A DNA stretch of 64,000 bases from Naegleria gruberi. Lineage: Eukaryota. How positions within the stretch are numbered: position 1 is the first letter of the stretch; each line of letters starts with the position of its first letter. This document shows, piece by piece, positions 45,501-55,276 of the stretch. A model generated the notes under the pieces. That model was given only the letters and a program-made list of their open reading frames with translations. It was not told the origin of the DNA and made no database searches. The stretch lies in assembly GCA_000004985.1 (NCBI GenBank), contig GG738904.1; one strand, given 5' to 3'. The position numbers were made by a program, and so were the translations under genes.

Positions 45501-46393
45501 TCAAATCATGGAGAGAGTATACCCTTGAAACAAACTTTGTTGATATATTTATTTTGAGAAAGGCTTTTGAAAATTGGAGAATATTCGCTGCTAAATCAAC
45601 CGAGGAACCAAAGCACAAATTTAAAAAAAACATTTTTCAAAGATGGAAAGCTGCACTCAGAGAAAAGAATGAAATGAGCTCGTTAAATAGTCTTGCTGAA
45701 AGGTTCCACGAAAGAAAACTGGCTCAGAAATCAATGGGGTCCATCAAGGAATACATTGTCCAACAAAGAATAGAACATGTTCAATTGATAAGAGCTAATC
45801 AATATTACAAAGAATCTCTGATGAGGAAAGTTTTAATAGGACTATTAATCAATGTAAATACCATACGAGATAAGAGGCGAAAGAGAGAAAAGGCTGACTT
45901 GTTCTATCACAAGAAATTAGTTCAATCATCACTAGAATCACCACTCTCGCTCGATAGATTCTTGAATGCGAGACCAAACTCACCATTCTTTTTTGCCAAG
46001 ACTGTGAATATTGTTTATTACAAGCTTCTCATTAAGGGAATCGATTCTTGGACATTTTTTGTAAAGAAGGAAAAGGAGAAACGACTTATGCTAGCCAAGG
46101 CAGTCCACGCCAATGCATCAAATCTAGTAGCAAAGTGCTTTAATTTGTGGCGAATCAAATCAAAACTACAATCTCACAAACATCCCAAATTTATAACCAA
46201 ATCCAATATCACTAATTCAAAAATTGTTCAGAGCAATATATCACCAGCCCTTAGTACAAACATTGTTTCTCCAATTCTTCATTCAAGTTTGACACCACAG
46301 GAGAGGAAAATTCTCATTCATCATCACCACTATCTGATTGCCACTGATTCTGATGATGATGATATTGTAGATTATCTAAATATTATTGAATAA
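42590..46393 (+). CDS. Sfi1-like centrin-binding repeat protein (1267 aa)
   Basis: C-terminal 900 aa contain at least 15 repeats of about 33 aa, each with a conserved Trp followed by a basic residue (FFGWRHQ, FQQWSEK, FNKWRET, FKRWKLM, LTAWREK, FQLWKIK, IKSWREY, FENWRIF, FQRWKAA, FNLWRIK...). This is the Sfi1 repeat signature. Confidence 0.6.
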   Translation: MSSYCAINKERKKLNHPSLIRWIKEEKRISSKKQNQQQFVEEIADEDGVCRKCFPDGMVNESVQQQQEEDDDNRKVRFTEHNSEDAHNTLSDLTNSEAVNAKTELHKKVIFMHHQQNRRNVIDKAEQTSLVSEDEFGKLSDENLFGKVHYLLSSIKSNRVETNVTPTKITNMTLDDDEPRPSNLNISPSSLFCGYPSNADDQAPLQNTSRETPSFENELFHNYSLPKQTVSPNISNLTLADASRQIQSMYNHITSVYGSEPLNQRQIIFEKTLNIGITSNNENDTVHDLNYIKDKVKKLRSKRLQEIKRNLEFERVELMKNPKIGDLKKRISDLKRKIEKEYEKDELFRKQRLKETNRLKLVKNTPKAEEKLKMFLNALNANYSNTCYQVTIYEGEISTCLAKLFLIYLKIEKEIQKSRDILLTKLNDEMLENCARNTFYAFKNFTKKQQDLRQQQQRFDNYITHRRKVSLFAKWKESTKSSVTEKEKDEVAMIHYYNNLQRKAFNSIAFVLNSMILKRCAKELSFMWRDRQILGKGFFGWRHQSEKTKYLKQGLMRFAVSDSFDELDRFKSEYEIESYMSYKIRLNFRTKITKHLIQLYREKKSLVSKFEHTPKLRYIEYFTKKPIDLSTIYKIEEYDQRFKHFNYLKKHDSRPVWDGPPEEQYEPPLYSKSSFQKASIPNLTEQVYDIRLKKKIFQQWSEKACDKILKNRADQFYSDVTKRKVLYVLRENRDDIYEKSLQIQDNSNATMIVKYFNKWRETTELVSHEKDSIASEYYNITLARKAFQALKTTCLVDYNPHLNDLCKQWLVKSKERYFKRWKLMLFLRKSEEKFELAVAEQYQMTLKFKLLTAWREKAKKRQLLRKVLTDGANRMKAKTTVLENKKSLAKYVLKQLKKNKEVKISRKNQYFMFIKSKKFYDDALKQKFFQLWKIKQAIGEEQKKLEQSQEEKEKTAIALNHYNQVIKKKIIKSWREYTLETNFVDIFILRKAFENWRIFAAKSTEEPKHKFKKNIFQRWKAALREKNEMSSLNSLAERFHERKLAQKSMGSIKEYIVQQRIEHVQLIRANQYYKESLMRKVLIGLLINVNTIRDKRRKREKADLFYHKKLVQSSLESPLSLDRFLNARPNSPFFFAKTVNIVYYKLLIKGIDSWTFFVKKEKEKRLMLAKAVHANASNLVAKCFNLWRIKSKLQSHKHPKFITKSNITNSKIVQSNISPALSTNIVSPILHSSLTPQERKILIHHHHYLIATDSDDDDIVDYLNIIE

Positions 46394-46471
46394 ATTTTCA
46401 TTCTCACCACTAACTGTTTATTATTTGGCGCCAAATTTAAACTACAATTTTTAAAACAACCTACAAAAAAA

Positions 46472-47416
46472 ATGGAACAAAACGAACTTGCCTTTCATTC
46501 TCAATTTCTCTCATTAAACGGATATTGTTTGAATCTGGAAGAGAAGACTGCCCTTCAAAGCAGTTTGCTTATTCTCCAAGAAAATAACCATTTCCATACT
46601 GTACAATTCTGGGGAAAGATTCAAGGTGTAGAACAAGATTATCATATTGCCGAAGGATATCGTGGATCAATGATGGATGAAAGAATAAGATTTTACTCGA
46701 TCGATGGAGGAATTAGTTGGAATCAAATGACTTTTGACTTGACTGAATATGAGGTTTCCTGCATAGAATCAATCCGAACACTGTTCATGGGTATCCCAAC
46801 TCACACCTATTTATTCCCAAAACCAAAGGAAGAGTCTTCCGAAGAAGTCACTGACAAACAAGAAGTTCCAGTTGAGCCAAAGGAACCTAAGGATGATGAT
46901 GAGGATAATGAAGACAAAAATGATGAAAAAGCTGATGATGAAAAGAAGACAAAACCAAAGGAAGAGTTATTCACTATAACTGAAGAAAAGAGATTAACAT
47001 GGGCTGTAAAAATGATTGACCAAGACGGAAGTGTTGTACCAAGGGGTGCTTTTGTTGTCAAGAAGGATGACGAGCAGGTAATTGTAAAAAATCAAACATT
47101 CTTTGGAATGGATAAGTATCAAGCATCAAAGCTCTATAACTTTGTCCACCTCAGAACACCAATCCACAAAACATGGGAAAATATAGTTGCTCAACAATAT
47201 ATTGACAAGTCTCTTGATTTTGCTGATCCAGTTGATGATGACATACCATACGGTTGTTGGAGCGTCCAATATGAGGAAATTATTAATACTGTAGTTGGAA
47301 GAAGTCTTTTGTGGCCTGGCTACGTCTTTTATCACAAAATTCAAACCCCATTCTATGGAGGTTTCTATATTGGAAATGGTTTGAAGAATGTTGACCTTTG
47401 TTTTATGTTACCTTAG
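46472..47416 (+). CDS. RSPH9: Radial spoke head protein 9 homologue
   Basis: Conserved blocks match metazoan/algal RSPH9: VQFWGKIQGVEQDYHIAEG, IPRGAFVVK, RSLLWPGYVFYH, FYIGNGLKNVDLCFMLP. There is an acidic insertion in the middle. Confidence 0.8.
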   Translation: MEQNELAFHSQFLSLNGYCLNLEEKTALQSSLLILQENNHFHTVQFWGKIQGVEQDYHIAEGYRGSMMDERIRFYSIDGGISWNQMTFDLTEYEVSCIESIRTLFMGIPTHTYLFPKPKEESSEEVTDKQEVPVEPKEPKDDDEDNEDKNDEKADDEKKTKPKEELFTITEEKRLTWAVKMIDQDGSVVPRGAFVVKKDDEQVIVKNQTFFGMDKYQASKLYNFVHLRTPIHKTWENIVAQQYIDKSLDFADPVDDDIPYGCWSVQYEEIINTVVGRSLLWPGYVFYHKIQTPFYGGFYIGNGLKNVDLCFMLP

Positions 47417-47610
47417 TTCTGTAATAAATGTATAATTTGATTAGAAAGAGGAACGATAAAAATTATATTTTAACTACATTGTCACATACTGACTTGGTTA
47501 ATAAATTACCCCCCAAATATTCCATTATTGGAAATATCATGTTTAATTTAAAATAAAAATAACAAAAAATAAATTAATTAATTAATTAAAAAAATGTAAT
47601 AATAAGCAAA

Positions 47611-48747
47611 TTAACAAAACAAAAACTCAACATCCAAATAGAGCACATTACTCATCATGATTCGTTGATATTTACAATTAGCTGATCCAAGAATCAATCC
47701 TGAAACAAAATCCAACTCTTCCAATGTTGAGGGAAGATAGAGTACTCTTCCACTTCTCGTAAATCTGGCACATCGTCCACTTCTCAATCGACTTTTAGTC
47801 TCATCACACACCACATCAAAATGTACAATACAATTACACCAAGGAACATCAATTCCTAACCAATCCTCTTCAGTTCCAATGAGGTGTATTGTTGACCGAG
47901 TGAAGGAGTGAAATCTCTCTTTTAAAACATCATATTGTTGTGGAGCAATTTGGAGAGTTGGATAAATCTCCTTCAGGGAATTGAATGATTGAGCTACTCT
48001 GTTATGTGAATTGCAGAAAAAGATGCAAAAATCGGAGATATTGAAGAGGGACTGTTTCAACAAGTCGAGTTTCTGATTTGGTTTTGGACAATAGACAAAT
48101 GTCTCAATAATTAATTCATTCAATTCCTTTCTACTTTGTTCTATTGTTGCATTTTTCAAATGATTATCATGAATATAACATTCAGGAGGAGGCATTTCAC
48201 ATCCAGTACAGATTATTCTGGTTTTATCTGGTAATTGTTTGAAAATTGATTTGATACACTTCCTACAATCAGATCCAAATTCCAACATTAAATTCATTTC
48301 ATCAACAGCTAAAATATTCAAATTAGAAACATCAATATTATGATGTAGAGCTAATTGTGGAGTGGTCACTAAAATTCTTGTTTGATCTGTTGGACACATG
48401 GAAATTTCAGTGACCTTTCTATTATTTGCACAATATTCAGAAATATAATTCAGAATGTTAAATATATACATTGCTAAATATTCTGTTGGAGCAAGAATTA
48501 ATCCTTGCAGTGAATGTTTAGATTGAAAATCAATTTCCATGACCACTTTAATCACCAAACCAATTGTCTTGCCAGATCCGGAATTCCACTGTTGAATGAT
48601 TGCCTTTTCAAGTTTGGAATGGAGAATGTATTGTTGAGCTGATGACATTTCCTCCAATCCAAAACTATAAATCCCTCTCAACAGTTCTTCCGACACGCCA
48701 ACAACATCATAAAAGTGGGGTGAAGACATTTTTTTTAACAAATTCAA
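47611..48747 (-). CDS. Divergent DEAD-box-like RNA helicase homologue with degenerate motifs
   Basis: Motif I NSGSGKT is present. Motif II is VDEM instead of DEAD. Motif VI-like RLRSGRCARFTRSGR is present, but Q-motif/SAT are not recognisable. It may be a non-catalytic paralogue. Confidence 0.45.
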   Translation of the reverse strand: MNLLKKMSSPHFYDVVGVSEELLRGIYSFGLEEMSSAQQYILHSKLEKAIIQQWNSGSGKTIGLVIKVVMEIDFQSKHSLQGLILAPTEYLAMYIFNILNYISEYCANNRKVTEISMCPTDQTRILVTTPQLALHHNIDVSNLNILAVDEMNLMLEFGSDCRKCIKSIFKQLPDKTRIICTGCEMPPPECYIHDNHLKNATIEQSRKELNELIIETFVYCPKPNQKLDLLKQSLFNISDFCIFFCNSHNRVAQSFNSLKEIYPTLQIAPQQYDVLKERFHSFTRSTIHLIGTEEDWLGIDVPWCNCIVHFDVVCDETKSRLRSGRCARFTRSGRVLYLPSTLEELDFVSGLILGSANCKYQRIMMSNVLYLDVEFLFC

Positions 48748-48846
48748 ATGTCAAACTTTGTAAACACGCAACTTGACACATTAGAGACTGGGAGGTTAGG
48801 TAGATATGATATTGTCTTATCAATTTTTGAAACTAATCTCCATTGA

Positions 48847-50883
48847 TTACAAAAAAGGATTGTCTTGGTTAAGGTAGTAATAAGTATCAAAAATAGTAGA
48901 TTGAAAGTGATCTGAGGGTAAACATGGAGGACCAATTGAGCTCCAACTGTAATAATGTTCATGCTCTCCAGAATCACAATAGAAACTCATTGACTTGGTA
49001 GCTCTCATAAATGTGAGTAGGTCTTGTTTCCTCTCCTCTGTTGCATAATTGAAAGCAGACCTCCTTGTAGAGACAGCAAGGCAAATCATTTGTTCATCAT
49101 TTCTAATTTCCTCTGGTGCATATTGTAACAATGTTCCATCGTACCTTAATGCAAATTTGTAAAATTCTCTATTGTTAAGATAGTAATCATCATTGTCAAC
49201 CTCATTAGTTTGTGTAATTGTGTCAGATATTAGGCCTAAATGGCCAACCTCAGAAAAGCTCTCATCTCCATCATAATCCAAAAACTCTGGCTCGTTTGGA
49301 TAATAACTAGAGCAAGGATCCACTAGTAATCTTCTGATAACTTGGACATATCTGTTAAATAATTGGTTAGGGAATGTAATATCTATAATATCAATGCCAC
49401 CTGCTAAAATATTACAAATATCCTTATCATTTAACAGTTCTAGATTTGCAAATTGGATAGCCCTAATATTCCTTCGTATAGCCACTAATACCACCTCTTT
49501 ATCCTTCTTCAATTCATCAGATGTATATTTCAAACTCATTGGAGATGTTTGTAAAGCTCTCATTACAATTTCCTTGTTGGCCGTAATTTTAGGCGAGCAA
49601 AATCTCAATAAATAACCACATCGACAAACTAGTCGTTCTCTTTCCAATTCATCATCACTACTCTTGTTGAACAAATCAATAAACTCATCTCTATTCCAAA
49701 TATTCTCATATCTTGAAGGTTCTTGTTCAATACTTTGTTTTTTCTGGGTAGTATTAAACTCTCTCAGGGCTGGATGTGATTGCACATGATCTGGTAACCA
49801 TGAGAAAATATCCGCATTATGTTTTAAAACATCTAATATCAGTTTGATATCTCCTCCAAATAGTGTAGTATCATTCAAAATGAAATTACTTAATTTGAAC
49901 ATTGGATGAATAGTAGAATCCCAAACTTTTCCTCCAATCTTCAATTGTTGAATTGTTATATCCCTATCTTGTTCAAACTCAACTGGTATTCTATACTTTT
50001 GAAATACTGATAAACCAACAATGCTTACATTTTGTAAGCACTTTAGGATTAGATCTTTTGTAATAAGATCTTTTTTGAGATGGATCCAATCCAATCCTCT
50101 TTCCACACAACTAATCACAAGATCCTCTTGGGTTATGAACTTTTTAAATGCATACAATGCCTTTGGGAATTTTGAAATGATTCTTTTCATGAACGGTTCA
50201 CTTTCCAAAAGACGATTCGAAACAGAATGAAGCAACACGTAGTAAATATCAGAGGGTTTGTAGATTCTCTCAACCACACTCAAACAAAATGCTTCATCAT
50301 CCAATGCTTCAGGTGATACTTGAGAAGATAAAGAACAATTAGCCATTAGACAATGTGCAATAATTTCAGGATCTTTCCTAAATACAGAACTATTCACCAT
50401 GAAACTAGCAATCGAATCAGCATTAGATTTAACAGCTGCAAGAGCTATTTCTCTATCCACCTTGAACTTTTCAGGTAAAAAAGCAAATTCACTTCCACAA
50501 TTCCTAACACATTCCAATAAAACTTGTCTATCATCATAATCGAAAGGTAAATTCCTAATTATTCCTGGTTTTCCAAATTTAGCCAATTTAAGAAGTACTA
50601 ATCGGAAGGGCACACAAGAATTAATTGTATTCCCGTGAAAACTATTGATAGTTGCCAATTTTTCTTCCTTTAATTTATCCAAAAACCACAACAAAGCCCT
50701 CTCCAACTCAAATTGCCTGTCGTTTGCTTGTAACATTCGCCTTCCGAGCTTTTCCTTTAGTAATTGGGCATGAAAATTATTCTTGCTGAGAACAGTTTCC
50801 TTTGAAAATGGTAACACAACAACGTCTATATCTTGAAGTAATTGAAACATTTTTTTTAAAAACAGGGCAATAAAGTTCATCAT
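48847..50883 (-). CDS. DUF4116-like repeat protein (678 aa), no kinase domain
   Basis: At least three repeats with the same consensus as the 3448 gene (KVDREIALAAVKSNADSIASF, KKDKEVVLVAIRRNIRAIQFA, RNDEQMICLAVSTRRSAFNYA). Confidence 0.5.
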   Translation of the reverse strand: MMNFIALFLKKMFQLLQDIDVVVLPFSKETVLSKNNFHAQLLKEKLGRRMLQANDRQFELERALLWFLDKLKEEKLATINSFHGNTINSCVPFRLVLLKLAKFGKPGIIRNLPFDYDDRQVLLECVRNCGSEFAFLPEKFKVDREIALAAVKSNADSIASFMVNSSVFRKDPEIIAHCLMANCSLSSQVSPEALDDEAFCLSVVERIYKPSDIYYVLLHSVSNRLLESEPFMKRIISKFPKALYAFKKFITQEDLVISCVERGLDWIHLKKDLITKDLILKCLQNVSIVGLSVFQKYRIPVEFEQDRDITIQQLKIGGKVWDSTIHPMFKLSNFILNDTTLFGGDIKLILDVLKHNADIFSWLPDHVQSHPALREFNTTQKKQSIEQEPSRYENIWNRDEFIDLFNKSSDDELERERLVCRCGYLLRFCSPKITANKEIVMRALQTSPMSLKYTSDELKKDKEVVLVAIRRNIRAIQFANLELLNDKDICNILAGGIDIIDITFPNQLFNRYVQVIRRLLVDPCSSYYPNEPEFLDYDGDESFSEVGHLGLISDTITQTNEVDNDDYYLNNREFYKFALRYDGTLLQYAPEEIRNDEQMICLAVSTRRSAFNYATEERKQDLLTFMRATKSMSFYCDSGEHEHYYSWSSIGPPCLPSDHFQSTIFDTYYYLNQDNPFL

Positions 50884-51230
50884 CTAGGAAAATTTCATCC
50901 TTTCCAATAGATTGTTGATTTCATCAATCCTCAATTTAGCAAGGTCACTCAAACCCTAGTAGCTTCACAGACAGGAAATAGGTCTGGTTCTCTATCACCA
51001 ACAATGAGATTGAGCTCTCAAGTTGATAATCCAAGAAAATTGACAAAGAAGCAATAATTTGTGAACTGTACATGAATGGACCTAGATATTCTTCTGGTTG
51101 CCAACTCAATCAAACCAGAAGTACAACACTAACAACATTTTATTATTGATATGTACCACTTCCCAAAGAAGTATTAGTGTTGTTTACCACTAACAACAAG
51201 TTTCATTTGTTTTGCACAATTTTGAATATG

Positions 51231-51310
51231 ATGTAACAAATACACGTAGATGTCACCAAATCAAGCATACCTAAAATGGTGCTACATGGCTGGTGAGTTG
51301 GGAACCCCAG
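51231..51310. repeat. Conserved ~80-bp element, copy A (partner at 52868-52950)
   Basis: atgtaacaaatacacgtagatgt.acc.aatcaagcatacctaaaa..tggtg.tacat.gctggtgagttgggaaccccag shared at about 90% identity with copy B, in the same orientation. Contains an internal inverted repeat (atgtaaca ... tgttacat). Confidence 0.6.
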
Positions 51311-51392
51311 CAGATTTTACCTACACTCCAAACACCAGAAACCAGAAAGTTGTTGAAAAAGTATTAAACAAGTACCAGAGTTCCATTTAAAT

Positions 51393-52793
51393 TCATTTGC
51401 TGTTTTTATTTTTGTGTTCCTTAAATATAGTGAACAACTGAGGTAGTTCTGTATATGCATATTTCATAATTGGACGGTGCCAGGTGAAAAGTGATTCATC
51501 ATTTGTGGATTGACCAAGAATATTTTGCTCAACAAGTTTTGAACAAATTTTCCTATGTTGAGCTGTTGATGGAAAAAATGAATTATTTCCAGCAATGAGA
51601 TCCAAGACGTCAACTATTTCACCTCCTTCGTTATCATAGATTATCCCTATTATGTTTGCTAATTCTATAGCTTCTGTTCGAATCATTCCATCAACAACTT
51701 TCTTAATGTCTTCAGCTGGTACTTGAATGTGACCATTAACAATATCGGAAATAATTTCATTATGAGGTTTTGATTTCAGAGAAGGGTGATGATCTTGCAT
51801 AATGGGGATCAATTCTTTAAGTACACTATAAATCTGGCCAAAGTGGCCTCCTAATTTCTTGATATCATCATTTCTCAGGAATGGATATTGCTCTAATTCA
51901 GTTTGGGTGGTGTAAGAAAACGTGTACTTCTTCAGTCTAGATGTGTGTCCAGATAATTTCCTTAAATCTGTGAAGGTGGAAAAGTTGCTAGAGACATGGA
52001 CACCAGTGGCCAATTGCTCCTCAACGAATTGAAGTAAGTTACCGGCTATTATTTTACAATCGGGGTCGTTGGCTATATAGTCACTTACAACAATAATAGA
52101 AACAGGAGTACCATAGTTAGCTTCCTTCTTTAGTTGTTGCAAAATGTTTTTCAGGGCAACCATTATTCTGGCAATTGGAACGTCAGATTCGTCTGTTCTT
52201 CTTTGGCTGATCCCAAGTGCAAGAAGAATGTTTTGGTATGGCATATTCGCTCTCAATGGAATGTATATTACATTTCTTCTATTTTCCAGTGCTTTCTCAA
52301 CAGACATTGATTTTCCAGAATTAGATGGACCACTGATATATGCCAACTGATTAACGCAGTCGTATGAAAACATTGCACCAAGTACTTCTGATCCTGCTTT
52401 AGGCAACAATTTCATACCATTAATCATTGGTGTAGTTGGTATGAATGGTTGTGCGAGCTTTGATCTAATTTCCTTCTCAAGAGGCAAATACTCGTTGTTT
52501 TGATTATCTTCATGAATACCTGTAAGAATGTTATAAGTTTGATAAGCACTCAAGACGGAAAAGATAATGGCCAGAGAACCTGACCAAGTGATCCATATGT
52601 TTGTGAATTTCTTCCAATTGCTTTCTTTTCCTTCTTCGTTGGACCCTTGGTCAAAGTTTCGCAAGTACCGTGTCATATGAAAATGTTTGCTAGGTGTAGG
52701 TTGTTTAAAGGTGAAAAATTGTGGTGCACAACACTTGCAATTGTTGACGAATGTTACAAGTCTCACTAGTCTTAATCTGCCCAATATTTTCAT
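51393..52793 (-). CDS. Hypothetical P-loop NTPase with N-terminal transmembrane segment (466 aa)
   Basis: Walker A GPSNSGKS, a downstream hhhhD Walker-B-like IIVVSDY, and an N-terminal hydrophobic helix. No closer family assignment from sequence alone. Confidence 0.5.
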   Translation of the reverse strand: MKILGRLRLVRLVTFVNNCKCCAPQFFTFKQPTPSKHFHMTRYLRNFDQGSNEEGKESNWKKFTNIWITWSGSLAIIFSVLSAYQTYNILTGIHEDNQNNEYLPLEKEIRSKLAQPFIPTTPMINGMKLLPKAGSEVLGAMFSYDCVNQLAYISGPSNSGKSMSVEKALENRRNVIYIPLRANMPYQNILLALGISQRRTDESDVPIARIMVALKNILQQLKKEANYGTPVSIIVVSDYIANDPDCKIIAGNLLQFVEEQLATGVHVSSNFSTFTDLRKLSGHTSRLKKYTFSYTTQTELEQYPFLRNDDIKKLGGHFGQIYSVLKELIPIMQDHHPSLKSKPHNEIISDIVNGHIQVPAEDIKKVVDGMIRTEAIELANIIGIIYDNEGGEIVDVLDLIAGNNSFFPSTAQHRKICSKLVEQNILGQSTNDESLFTWHRPIMKYAYTELPQLFTIFKEHKNKNSK

Positions 52794-52867
52794 TTTTTTT
52801 TATTTTTTTCACAAGTGTTAGAGCACAAGATAAAGTACTTTTTGCTGGAAGCTTCTTAAAAACGACT

Positions 52868-52950
52868 ATGTAACAAATACACGTAGATGTAACCTAATCA
52901 AGCATACCTAAAAAAATGGTGTTACATAGCTGGTGAGTTGGGAACCCCAG
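52868..52950. repeat. Conserved ~80-bp element, copy B
   Basis: See copy A. Lies about 75 bp upstream of the P-loop gene start codon. Confidence 0.6.
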
Positions 52951-53286
52951 ATATTCTTTACATTAATGTCCTCTTACAATATTGATTTAGTTATAAGCGC
53001 ATTGTAATCTCAACCATCTAACCAAAGTTTCTCAAATACGAACAAGCTACGTAATTCTTCGAACGCAAATTTTACAATAAATTACAGTTCTTTACAAAGA
53101 CCTAAGGAGGTTCCCAAAATGCATGATTCTCATATGTTCCTTCTCCTGTACTGTCAGAAATTAAATTGACAGTACCCAAACAAACACAGCACAATCCAGA
53201 GTAACGATAACCAATATCCATATTTATCCAATATCTGCCCGTTTCTCCTCAAACAACAACCAGTTCTAAAACACATTTAAGGAAGC

Positions 53287-54123
53287 ATGCAACGAATCTC
53301 TCAAAAACACAACAAAAAAAAATCCCTCAACAACAAATTGAAAGAAATGAATCCATTCGCTGCTTCTCTCCTTGTTGCATGTTTATTCATGCTGGCCATG
53401 ACTGTTCAAGTTTTTGCCATCAAAATTTCCAAACCAAATGCAGGTCAAAGAACATTGATCACAGATTCTCTCTCAATTGATATTGAGGGCAATCAGAATG
53501 TTCCCAAGTTTGGTTATTCGTTTGCTAATGATAGCAGAATTCAAGGATTTAAGGTTCAATTTGCTAGAGCTTCTCAGACCGATTCTGATCACAATGAAAT
53601 TCCTTCAACTAATATTGCATTGGCTAGTTTGAATTATGATTTTAGTGAATTTGTTACCAATTCTGATAATTCTGTTGATTTTAATATTACATCGAGTGGT
53701 GGAAATCCAACTTTCCAATTTCGTATTCATGTCAATTCCACCTCTAAATCATTCAAGTTTGACACTGTCATTTCTGGAGTAACTTGGAATAATAAGGCTG
53801 CTTACTTGTCATTGTGTTATAAGGTGTTAGATAGAGATTCTGGTAATGGAATCAATGCTGCTAATTCAACTTCAACTCGTGCTTCATTTGGAAAGGGATA
53901 TTTCGATATTGAGCCACGTGCTTTGGCAATCAATGGAACAAGTGTCAAGGCAGGTTTGAGAAATTCTGGTAATACCATTTGTGTTGAATATGAAAAGTGG
54001 GATGGCACTTTGGTGCATGATCCAACTCTTGGATACTCAACAAGTGTTTCAGTTTCTTTTGCAAGTGCCAATTCATTTTCCTTGCTTGTAGTTCTTGTTG
54101 CTTTAATTGCATCACTTTGGTAA
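53287..54123 (+). CDS. Hypothetical secreted, probably GPI-anchored, surface protein (278 aa)
   Basis: N-terminal signal (after MNPFAASLLVACLFMLAMTVQVFA), N/S/T-rich body, C-terminal hydrophobic tail SFSLLVVLVALIASLW preceded by small residues (ASANS). The start is probably the internal Met at about 53350. Confidence 0.45.
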   Translation: MQRISQKHNKKKSLNNKLKEMNPFAASLLVACLFMLAMTVQVFAIKISKPNAGQRTLITDSLSIDIEGNQNVPKFGYSFANDSRIQGFKVQFARASQTDSDHNEIPSTNIALASLNYDFSEFVTNSDNSVDFNITSSGGNPTFQFRIHVNSTSKSFKFDTVISGVTWNNKAAYLSLCYKVLDRDSGNGINAANSTSTRASFGKGYFDIEPRALAINGTSVKAGLRNSGNTICVEYEKWDGTLVHDPTLGYSTSVSVSFASANSFSLLVVLVALIASLW

Positions 54124-54215
54124 TTTAAATTCACAAATATATTGCAGTCTTCATTTGTGAACTCAGCTGGAAGACAATCTCAAAATTAAACATTTAGTTT
54201 TTTCAGTTCAAAAAA

Positions 54216-55166
54216 ATGTCTCATCACGAAGCTCCTGGGGTGGTATTATCACTTTTGGATTTTAATTTATTAAATAATCATCAAAATAATCAATTAATGA
54301 AATTACTCAAGGATAAACTTCGGAAACCATCTAACAAACCCTTCTCATGTAAATTTGAATTTTGTGGACCGATATATAAATTTGAGGAATTACATTTTGG
54401 AGGCTTTATGGAAATATCTTATCGATATAAACGTTTGATTGCTGTTTCCGAGTCGCAAGTGTTTATATTTGATCAGAAAAGTAGAGAGCTAATTAATATA
54501 TTTGAATTGAGTGATGCTGTTGCTGCTGTGGTTGATGATGAATGTGATTATATTTATGTTGTTGGAGAAAGAGAGGATGGTTTTTATGTCAAAAAGTTTG
54601 ATTTGGGATTGTTTATTCAAAGTAAAAAACAACCAGAGGTTGCATTAATTTGGGATACTAGTCCAAAATCAATTAAATCACCTTTTGGAATAACTCTTTA
54701 CAATGGAAAATCAAAGAAATATCTCATCATTTTAGATAGTACCTCATCGGATTTGATAATCCTTAATTGTTCAAATGGAGGTGAGCTAAATGATTTTAAA
54801 TTATCCCTAGCAACAACAACTGCAAACTCAATTACAATGAGAACCAAAAATGAGATGGTTGTTGGAGCAAAACAAATTGAAATTTACAACATTGATGAAA
54901 GTTCAGGAATTCCAAGTTTAAGGTTTTTATATTCTGTCCCAAATGTTAAAGGATTTTTCTATTCAGTGACTTTTTGTCCTGCTAGCCAATATATTATCAC
55001 TGATTCAGAAAATGATAGTTTTTCTGTAATCAATAGAGATACATTACAAGTTGTAAAGTACTACAAAGAAACTGAGTTATTGGGCGATTTATTTGGAATG
55101 TGTTATGATAAGATTAATGGTATATTGTATTGTTGCTGTAGGATGGGATTTTATTATTATAAGTGA
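54216..55166 (+). CDS. Hypothetical protein (316 aa), possibly beta-propeller-like
   Basis: ATG ORF with repeated beta-strand-like segments. No confident family. Confidence 0.4.
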   Translation: MSHHEAPGVVLSLLDFNLLNNHQNNQLMKLLKDKLRKPSNKPFSCKFEFCGPIYKFEELHFGGFMEISYRYKRLIAVSESQVFIFDQKSRELINIFELSDAVAAVVDDECDYIYVVGEREDGFYVKKFDLGLFIQSKKQPEVALIWDTSPKSIKSPFGITLYNGKSKKYLIILDSTSSDLIILNCSNGGELNDFKLSLATTTANSITMRTKNEMVVGAKQIEIYNIDESSGIPSLRFLYSVPNVKGFFYSVTFCPASQYIITDSENDSFSVINRDTLQVVKYYKETELLGDLFGMCYDKINGILYCCCRMGFYYYK

Positions 55167-55276
55167 TCCCAGTATAGTGGATGTTACCAATTACAATATC
55201 TGAGAATGTTGATTTTTCAATGCATTTCCAAATTTAATTTTTTAATACCTTACTATTAATCATTTATTTACCAAGT

